In this document: positions 1 to 5,232 of the stretch, one piece after another
Layout of the letters: every line of letters begins with the position of its first letter
Position numbering within the stretch: the first letter of the stretch is position 1
Virus record (IMG/VR): IMGVR_UViG_3300026081_000006
Location: 1-27,539 of that record
Length of the DNA: 27,539 nucleotides
Direction: 5' to 3' (one strand)
From: a virus
Lineage: Duplodnaviria; Caudoviricetes
Notes under the pieces: model-generated
Databases searched by the model: none
Told to the model about the DNA's origin: nothing
Seen by the model: the letters and a program-made list of their open reading frames with translations, nothing else
Program-made: the position numbers and the translations under genes

Positions 1-810
1 AGAACTCATTTCTTGTTTAATCATTTCAAGTTCTCTCAATGCGTCATCGTATATTTGTCTACCATTTAATTCAATTCCTCCAGGCAATTTTACACCTTGA
101 AACTTAATTAAGTTTTGTCCCCACTGCCTTTTTATTAAAGCTGTGAGATATCTCTTCAAAAAACTATCATTAAATAACTGTGTATATGTTGTTGGATCTA
201 ATATTCTATGACAGTCAATTACGATAAAGTCACCAGCATTTAAACTATTGTAATTTATATCAAGATATAATCTATCCTGTCTCTTATTAAATCTAACCTG
301 TGCTTCAGTTGTTAAAAGAAAATCAATATCTTCAAGATATGATTTAACCATAGCATATTGTAATAATTCAACTGAATTAAAATAGTATAAGTCATTTAGA
401 AATAACTGGTATTTAATACTAAACATACCACCAGATATCGCACTCATATCAAATTTAAATATCTTTTCTATTCCTACAACTGTTTCAGGTACCTGAATGA
501 AGTTTGATGTCTCATAGAAGTTTGATGTAGTTGTACCATAACCACTTATTGCTGTGGATGTTCCAGTGGTTGTTACAATACCCACACCTGTTGTTCCCTG
601 TGCCTTTCCTCTGTCTATATCTCCTTGAGTGAACTGATACTTGAGATACATTCTTTCAATACCATCAAAATGACGTTCTTGAAAATATTGAAATGCATCA
701 TCAACTAAATCATCAACCTGTTCATCACTCACGTTGATTTCTAAGACTGGTGCACCTAACTGTCTTTTACAGTATTCAATTAATTCTTCTCGTGAAGCAG
801 GTTTCGCCAT
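1..810 (-). CDS. gp13: Neck protein gp13 (T4-like), partial; runs off the left edge of the window
   Basis: Not in the ORF track. ATG at 810-808 overlaps the upstream TAA (TAATG). Translation MAKPASREELIEYCKRQLGAPVLEINVSDEQVDDLVDDAFQYFQERHFDGIERMYLKYQF... matches the T4-like gp13 N-terminus; near the window edge WGQNLIKFQGVKLPGGIELNGRQIYDDA is typical of gp13. Synteny after the baseplate/fibre genes agrees. Confidence 0.93.
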   Translation of the reverse strand, partial: MAKPASREELIEYCKRQLGAPVLEINVSDEQVDDLVDDAFQYFQERHFDGIERMYLKYQFTQGDIDRGKAQGTTGVGIVTTTGTSTAISGYGTTTSNFYETSNFIQVPETVVGIEKIFKFDMSAISGGMFSIKYQLFLNDLYYFNSVELLQYAMVKSYLEDIDFLLTTEAQVRFNKRQDRLYLDINYNSLNAGDFIVIDCHRILDPTTYTQLFNDSFLKRYLTALIKRQWGQNLIKFQGVKLPGGIELNGRQIYDDALRELEMIKQEMSS

Positions 811-1025
811 TAGAAATCCTCAGTGTCTTGTGTAATATTTTTTGGTTTTTTCTTTCCTCTCAGTTGAATTAATAAATTTTCCTGATCAGTTACCTTTGTG
901 CTTAATTGCTCAACAACATTATTTAACCCTAGAATTCTAGTTTCTAACGCTATTATTTGAGCAAGCATTTCGTGTGTCTTCTTTTGATAAACACCCAAAA
1001 TCATTTTATATTCGTTTTCATCCAT
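810..1025 (-). CDS. Small hypothetical coiled-coil protein (71 aa, MDENEYKMILGVYQKK...)
   Basis: ORF track gives 810..1055, but its first 10 codons run through the terminator hairpin/U-tract; ATG at 1025 is the more plausible start. Heptad-like segment LAQIIALETRILGLNNVVEQLSTKV; stop overlaps the gp13 start. Confidence 0.75.
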   Translation of the reverse strand: MDENEYKMILGVYQKKTHEMLAQIIALETRILGLNNVVEQLSTKVTDQENLLIQLRGKKKPKNITQDTEDF

Positions 1026-1035
1026 AACAGAGTAT

Positions 1036-1061
1036 AAAAAAAGGTGGGAATACACCCACCT
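1036..1061 (-). terminator. Rho-independent terminator-like hairpin downstream of the fibre gene
   Basis: Minus strand reads AGGTGGG-TGTATT-CCCACCT followed by TTTTTT: perfect 7-bp stem, 6-nt loop, U-tract, 25 nt after the fibre stop codon. Confidence 0.75.
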
Positions 1062-1062
1062 A

Positions 1063-1070
1063 TATTTATA
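1063..1070 (-). promoter_or_regulatory. T4-type late promoter (gp55 -10 box TATAAATA)
   Basis: Exact TATAAATA on the minus strand in an intergenic gap upstream of the 71-aa ORF and gp13. Confidence 0.8.
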
Positions 1071-1086
1071 AGTTATACTTTACTCG

Positions 1087-2997
1087 TTAGAACGAGCCAC
1101 CATCTACAGTTATATTCTCTAATTGTCTTAATGAACCATCGTGACTAATCACTGCCGATAATCCTGCAGCATCCTTAACAAATAATCCACCTGCTTCAAT
1201 CGTAGCATGTGTGGAATTAGTTAATACACTTGTGCTCTCTGATACATCCGCACCAAAAGCAATTCTTCCTACAGAATCATCCCAGAAAACTGCTGCTTTC
1301 TTTGCAGAACCACTATAATAATGGAATATTAAACCAACGTCTATGTTAGCATCTGATGATGGAGCGACTAATGATCCACCACTATTAACAAGACCTACCT
1401 CAATTAAACTATCCTCAACCTTTAAGGTTTCTGTATTGATTATTGATTGTGATCCTAATACTGTAAATGTTCCGTTAACTGTTAAGTTGTCATCAACTGT
1501 AACTGTACCATCAGCAGAGTCGATTGTTAATCCTCCACTTGATGTATCAATCTCATTATCACCAGTAACACCAATTCTTATGTTACCACCAGTTAAGTCT
1601 GTGAATGTACCAGCACCAGCAGAGGCACCACCGATTGTTACTCCATCAACAGTACCACCATTAATATCTGCAGTATCTGCTACTAATGAATCTATTTGTG
1701 CAGTTCCATCAATGAATAAGTCTTGGAACTCTCTATCAGATGAACCTAAGTCAATCGCACCATCTGTTGCTGGAAGTATATCAGCGTCAAATCTACCTGT
1801 TGGGGTAATTGTGTCTGAAGTTGCATTACCAAGATCAACGTTACCTTCTACACTCACTGCACCCTTAAAGGTTGCATCATGAGGAGTATTAACTGCGTTT
1901 GAATGAGTAATAATAGCATTACCCATATAACCATGAGCAGTACACTGATAATGTAAAACAGCAGGTGTAGTGTCTGAGATTGTAATCTCAGTATAAGTAT
2001 TCTGAAAACTTACACCTGTAGTATAATTTGTAACTTTAGCTGCATCAAGGTAAAACTTTAATGGATGACTTCCTGTATTATCATGTACAAATCTGTATGT
2101 TTTACCTGGAGTGAAGTGTAGTATTGGTGATTCTACACCATCAATCTTATATCCATTACTACTACCTGTACCATTATACCTGTGTGCTGCGGACTTCGCT
2201 GCAACAGTTACAGCTAAGTTCTGTGTGGTAGCAGAATGTGGTGCTTGTAAATATGAAAATCCCTTTAACGCTGTTGTAGTTGTAACACCAGAGTTATTAA
2301 TTGCATCCGCTTCTAAAGTTCCATCTAAGTATAGATGTCTCCATTGCTGTGTCGCTGAACCTAAATCAAAGGTATCATCGTCATCTGGAACAAGACTTGA
2401 AGCAAATTCACCACCTACTACGATATCATCAGCAGATGAGTCACCAAGTCTTACAGTTCCACCACGGAATGTAACAATACCTATAAATTCTGATTCACCT
2501 TTTACAAAAAGGTCATCAGTGATTGAAACAGCAGCACCAACATGTAAACTCTTTTCAATACCAACACCACCTTCAACTATTAAAGCTCCTGTATCTTTAC
2601 TAGTTGAATCAGTTGTATCTGATATTGTGATAGGACCAACAAGTGTTCCACTTGTCATCCAACTTAAGTTACCGCTACCATCGTTTTGTAAAATACCGTT
2701 AGTAACGTTAGTAGCAGGAAGTGTGTATGTTAAGTTACCACCTAGTGTCGCAGGTGATTTAAGTTCTATATAATTGTCGCCATTATTAGCACCCTCTACG
2801 ATTCTTACCGCAGAGCCAGCAGTGTTAGTTTCTCTTGTCCAGTACCTATGTGATCCGAAAAATTTATTATTATTGGCATCGTTATCCAGACCAATATAAA
2901 AATCAAATTCATCAGTTACAAACGCTGGTTCACCTGCTTTCAGAGCGGGTAAACTACTGTTGGCACCTCTTTTAAACTTTATTACAGGAGCAGCCAT
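1087..2997 (-). CDS. Fibre-type virion protein (636 aa) with Mtd_N-like N-terminus, beta-rich shaft repeats and a cupredoxin-like insert
   Basis: N-terminal VIKFKRG...LPALKAGEPAFVTD...YIG resembles phage fibre attachment (Mtd_N-like) domains; STSKDTGALIVEGGVGIEKSLHVG and LGxxxxDxI / DLGSxxxxWxxLY motifs typical of marine phage fibres; G/T/S/D-rich; C-terminal DGGSF; located between baseplate and neck genes. Confidence 0.8.
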   Translation of the reverse strand: MAAPVIKFKRGANSSLPALKAGEPAFVTDEFDFYIGLDNDANNNKFFGSHRYWTRETNTAGSAVRIVEGANNGDNYIELKSPATLGGNLTYTLPATNVTNGILQNDGSGNLSWMTSGTLVGPITISDTTDSTSKDTGALIVEGGVGIEKSLHVGAAVSITDDLFVKGESEFIGIVTFRGGTVRLGDSSADDIVVGGEFASSLVPDDDDTFDLGSATQQWRHLYLDGTLEADAINNSGVTTTTALKGFSYLQAPHSATTQNLAVTVAAKSAAHRYNGTGSSNGYKIDGVESPILHFTPGKTYRFVHDNTGSHPLKFYLDAAKVTNYTTGVSFQNTYTEITISDTTPAVLHYQCTAHGYMGNAIITHSNAVNTPHDATFKGAVSVEGNVDLGNATSDTITPTGRFDADILPATDGAIDLGSSDREFQDLFIDGTAQIDSLVADTADINGGTVDGVTIGGASAGAGTFTDLTGGNIRIGVTGDNEIDTSSGGLTIDSADGTVTVDDNLTVNGTFTVLGSQSIINTETLKVEDSLIEVGLVNSGGSLVAPSSDANIDVGLIFHYYSGSAKKAAVFWDDSVGRIAFGADVSESTSVLTNSTHATIEAGGLFVKDAAGLSAVISHDGSLRQLENITVDGGSF

Positions 2998-3022
2998 TGT
3001 TTAAAATCTACCTTTTAGTTAT

Positions 3023-3030
3023 TATTTATT
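3023..3030 (-). promoter_or_regulatory. Probable late promoter variant (AATAAATA)
   Basis: 7/8 match to TATAAATA in the intergenic gap 25 nt before the fibre ATG; AT-rich context lowers specificity. Confidence 0.55.
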
Positions 3031-3046
3031 GATAATCTATGTTTGA

Positions 3047-3328
3047 TTAAAACGTTCCAGCGTCAAAAGCTTCATCATCAACTGAATCTGCTAGGTCAAC
3101 AATTTGTGCTGCATCTACGTGTAGGTATTTGTCAGTGTCTGCATCATACATTAAAAATGTATTATCTGCCCTTTGAGTAATGTCAATATCTTGAACATTC
3201 TCAAGTTCCTGCAATGTATTTAGGGTAGTCGTTGCTGCCTTTTGAGAAGCAACTACCTTTTTAACAGTTCTTTGCCCTATCCTAATAGTTATAGGGTTTA
3301 TGTTTTTTACAACTTTAATGTCTGCCAT
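3047..3328 (-). CDS. Small hypothetical protein, probably virion/fibre-associated (93 aa)
   Basis: Coupled to the upstream gene (TAATG at 3328). Contains LQELENVQDIDI...NTFLMYDADTDKY, a motif style seen in marine phage fibre proteins; ends FDAGTF. Confidence 0.7.
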   Translation of the reverse strand: MADIKVVKNINPITIRIGQRTVKKVVASQKAATTTLNTLQELENVQDIDITQRADNTFLMYDADTDKYLHVDAAQIVDLADSVDDEAFDAGTF

Positions 3329-3672
3329 TAGGTTTGTGTGACTGCTTTCGATACAATTACCATACCTTCAACGACACATTCCATCACTCCACTAGTATCA
3401 GTGGTGATAACATCATATACGTGTCTGCCTGGTTTAAGAGCAGCAGTTTGTGTCGTAGATAGACCGATTTGTATTTTTCCACCGACTGCATCATATAAGG
3501 ATGTTGTAAAAGTTGTTATCCCAGTGGTTGCTCCAGCATGCTTACGCATCTGAGCAGCAATACCAAAGTTAGTAAGATTAATGGGCGAATTACTCACACC
3601 ATCCTCTAGGGTAAAAACCTGTGCGAAGGTAGTACCTGTCTTTATACTTAAATTACTGGAGTATACAGCCAT
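3328..3672 (-). CDS. Small beta-sandwich virion structural protein (114 aa; BppU-N-like adaptor fold suspected)
   Basis: Pattern NLSIKTGTTF..F......PINLT.....AQMRKH......F.......GKIQIGLS..QT..LKPGRHVYDV........VVEGMVIV is a recurrent small structural family in cyanomyophage tail regions (recalled, not searched). Confidence 0.75.
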   Translation of the reverse strand: MAVYSSNLSIKTGTTFAQVFTLEDGVSNSPINLTNFGIAAQMRKHAGATTGITTFTTSLYDAVGGKIQIGLSTTQTAALKPGRHVYDVITTDTSGVMECVVEGMVIVSKAVTQT

Positions 3673-3692
3673 ACAATATCACCGATCTTAGT

Positions 3693-3700
3693 TATTTATC
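3693..3700 (-). promoter_or_regulatory. Probable late promoter variant (GATAAATA)
   Basis: 7/8 match overlapping the stop codon of the 63-aa ORF, 20 nt upstream of the 114-aa gene ATG. Confidence 0.55.
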
Positions 3701-3887
3701 TATCTAAAAGTTGTCTTAACTGATTTTTTAACTCATCAATTTCATTTCTGAGATCTTCTATTTCTCTCTTTTCAGTTAATTTTTTATTTTTTGCTTTCAT
3801 ATAATTTGCATATCCATTTGTATCAGTATTTACAATTGCACCTGATTCTTCACGATATAGATGTTTATGTCCTTCTACTGGTATCAT
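3696..3887 (-). CDS. Conserved small hypothetical protein with C-terminal coiled coil (63 aa)
   Basis: MIPVEGHKHLYREESGAIVNTD N-terminus recalled from T4-like cyanophage genes that follow the VrlC-like gene; C-terminal heptads EIEDLRNEIDELKNQLRQLL; GGAG Shine-Dalgarno upstream and ATGA overlap. Confidence 0.8.
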   Translation of the reverse strand: MIPVEGHKHLYREESGAIVNTDTNGYANYMKAKNKKLTEKREIEDLRNEIDELKNQLRQLLDR

Positions 3888-3897
3888 TTTTTTCTCC
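3880..3897. repeat. 18-bp direct repeat, copy 2 (minus strand GGAGAAAAAAATGATACC)
   Basis: Plus strand ggtatcatttttttctcc at 3880-3897 is identical to 4155-4172. Confidence 0.9.
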
Positions 3898-4162
3898 CAT
3901 TTATCTTCTGTGGTTTAAGTTTTTTAGCAATATATTCACCAGTCCTTTTACCAATATCCGTATTTCCAATTAACTCTGGTCTACTTTTTATTATTGTTTT
4001 ACTACCAACAAATTTATCTATTTCTTGCATTGCTTTATCCGTGAGACTACCTTCTTTACCCTGATTGAATATTGTTGGAGCTAGAGAAAGATCAAAAACG
4101 GTTCCAGTAATTTTTCTTAAAGGTTTTGGTATTTTATTGGTAAATTTCTTGAAGGGTATCAT
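3884..4162 (-). CDS. Basic hypothetical protein (92 aa)
   Basis: AGGAG Shine-Dalgarno, ATGA overlaps at both ends, Lys-rich; N-terminus MIPFKKF loosely resembles MKTFKxF. Confidence 0.75.
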   Translation of the reverse strand: MIPFKKFTNKIPKPLRKITGTVFDLSLAPTIFNQGKEGSLTDKAMQEIDKFVGSKTIIKSRPELIGNTDIGKRTGEYIAKKLKPQKINGRKK

Positions 4163-4172
4163 TTTTTTCTCC
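4155..4172. repeat. 18-bp direct repeat, copy 1 (minus strand GGAGAAAAAAATGATACC)
   Basis: Identical to 3880-3897; spans SD, stop/start overlap and the first codons (Met-Ile-Pro). Confidence 0.9.
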
Positions 4173-4671
4173 TAAATCTTTTTATCACACTTTTAGCATC
4201 AAAATTTTTAAATTCATTTGGAACTAATCTATAGTCAACATTATCAGGTGTGGGTTTTCTCCTCACATTTTTAGGGAATTGTGTTGCAACTACATCATCT
4301 ATTGGGTCTCCCCCGATAGGAGGTTTAGTAAGTTGATCTGTTTGACTACCTAACCAACTTTTCTTATTTGCTCCTCTAGTTGTTATTTGTCTCACCTTTG
4401 TTGGATCACCCAGTTTATTAGGGTTCATACCTGATGGAGCAAGCATATCTCTAAATCTCCTTGCAACATTCTCTGCTCCTCTACGAAGTGATGTAAATCT
4501 ATAATCAGGATCAAATCTTAATTTTTTTATTTGATTAGAAATTTGATCCTTTACATTTTCAAATTGTTTAGGATTTTTTCTTACCAACTTATCAATATTT
4601 TTTATACCTTTTTGTAAAAGATACTTTTCAAATTTATTTCTCTCTGTTATGAATTCTTTATAAGTTTTCAT
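4159..4671 (-). CDS. Basic hypothetical protein (170 aa), candidate capsid internal protein
   Basis: N-terminus MKTYKEFITE matches the T4 IPII/IPIII capsid targeting sequence MKTYQEFIAE at 8/10 positions; very K/R-rich; ATGA overlaps at both ends. Confidence 0.7.
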   Translation of the reverse strand: MKTYKEFITERNKFEKYLLQKGIKNIDKLVRKNPKQFENVKDQISNQIKKLRFDPDYRFTSLRRGAENVARRFRDMLAPSGMNPNKLGDPTKVRQITTRGANKKSWLGSQTDQLTKPPIGGDPIDDVVATQFPKNVRRKPTPDNVDYRLVPNEFKNFDAKSVIKRFRRKK

Positions 4672-4754
4672 AATAGTATACTCATGGAAACTGCTGCACC
4701 AACTGCTATCCAGAATATTTTGGGAACAATGCTTAATGGAACTGGATTTTTCAT
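4668..4754 (-). CDS. Unannotated 28-aa hydrophobic micro-protein MKNPVPLSIVPKIFWIAVGAAVSMSILL
   Basis: Exactly fills the gap between neighbours: ATG overlaps the upstream TAA (TAATG at 4754) and its TGA overlaps the downstream ATG (ATGA at 4671-4668); one 16-residue uncharged hydrophobic stretch. Confidence 0.7.
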   Translation of the reverse strand: MKNPVPLSIVPKIFWIAVGAAVSMSILL

Positions 4755-5017
4755 TATTTATTCTGCAACCTCTCTACAACTGTCTTTGCTTGCATAGGTG
4801 CGACATCATTTAATCCGTTTGCATCAAACCAAGGGGCATCTTCCCAACTAAACCCCTCTCCAAAAGTATTATCAGGAGACATCACATACCAGTGACATTT
4901 TGCATCAGGTACATCAACCGCACATACTGCCCAATCATCTGCCCACTGAGGGACCTGCACATACATCACAGGAAGATGATTTGCAAAGAATGAGAGAATT
5001 AACGAAAAGAAAATCAT
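4754..5017 (-). CDS. Trp/Asp-rich hypothetical protein with hydrophobic N-terminus (87 aa)
   Basis: ATGA and TAATG overlaps with neighbours; N-terminal MIFFSLILSFFA hydrophobic stretch, five Trp, two Cys (WAVCAVDVPDAKCHW), acidic body. Confidence 0.75.
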   Translation of the reverse strand: MIFFSLILSFFANHLPVMYVQVPQWADDWAVCAVDVPDAKCHWYVMSPDNTFGEGFSWEDAPWFDANGLNDVAPMQAKTVVERLQNK

Positions 5018-5232
5018 GATGCTTTTACCTTTTGCATTTTTTTCTTTTTTGTTAAATCTATAGGTATTCCTGTATTTCTCAAAAATTCCGCATTTTCATA
5101 ATCAATAGCGTCTTGAGTTCTTAACTTATCAAAGATACCACCCTCTCTTGTATCATATGGATATGTAAAGGTGCCCTTTGGAGTTGCATTTGACTTTATG
5201 AATTTCTCCATAAACTGTTTGAATGTTTTCAT
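5014..5232 (-). CDS. Basic hypothetical protein (72 aa), candidate capsid internal protein
   Basis: N-terminus MKTFKQFME resembles T4 IPI MKTFKEF; basic C-terminal tail KKKKMQKVKAS; coupled to the upstream giant gene by TAATG. Confidence 0.65.
   Translation of the reverse strand: MKTFKQFMEKFIKSNATPKGTFTYPYDTREGGIFDKLRTQDAIDYENAEFLRNTGIPIDLTKKKKMQKVKAS

Noticed and set aside
1026-1055. N-terminal extension MYSHLFLYSV of the 81-aa track ORF
   Set aside because: Starts at a GTG inside the terminator hairpin, essentially at the predicted transcription start; ATG at 1025 preferred.
1087-2997. Diversity-generating retroelement target suggested by the Mtd_N-like N-terminus
   Set aside because: No reverse transcriptase, no template/variable repeat pair and no C-type lectin-like C-terminus visible in this window.
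3880-4172. Direct repeats as CRISPR array or transposon ends
   Set aside because: Only two 18-bp copies 275 bp apart, no spacer periodicity, no cas, transposase or integrase gene.
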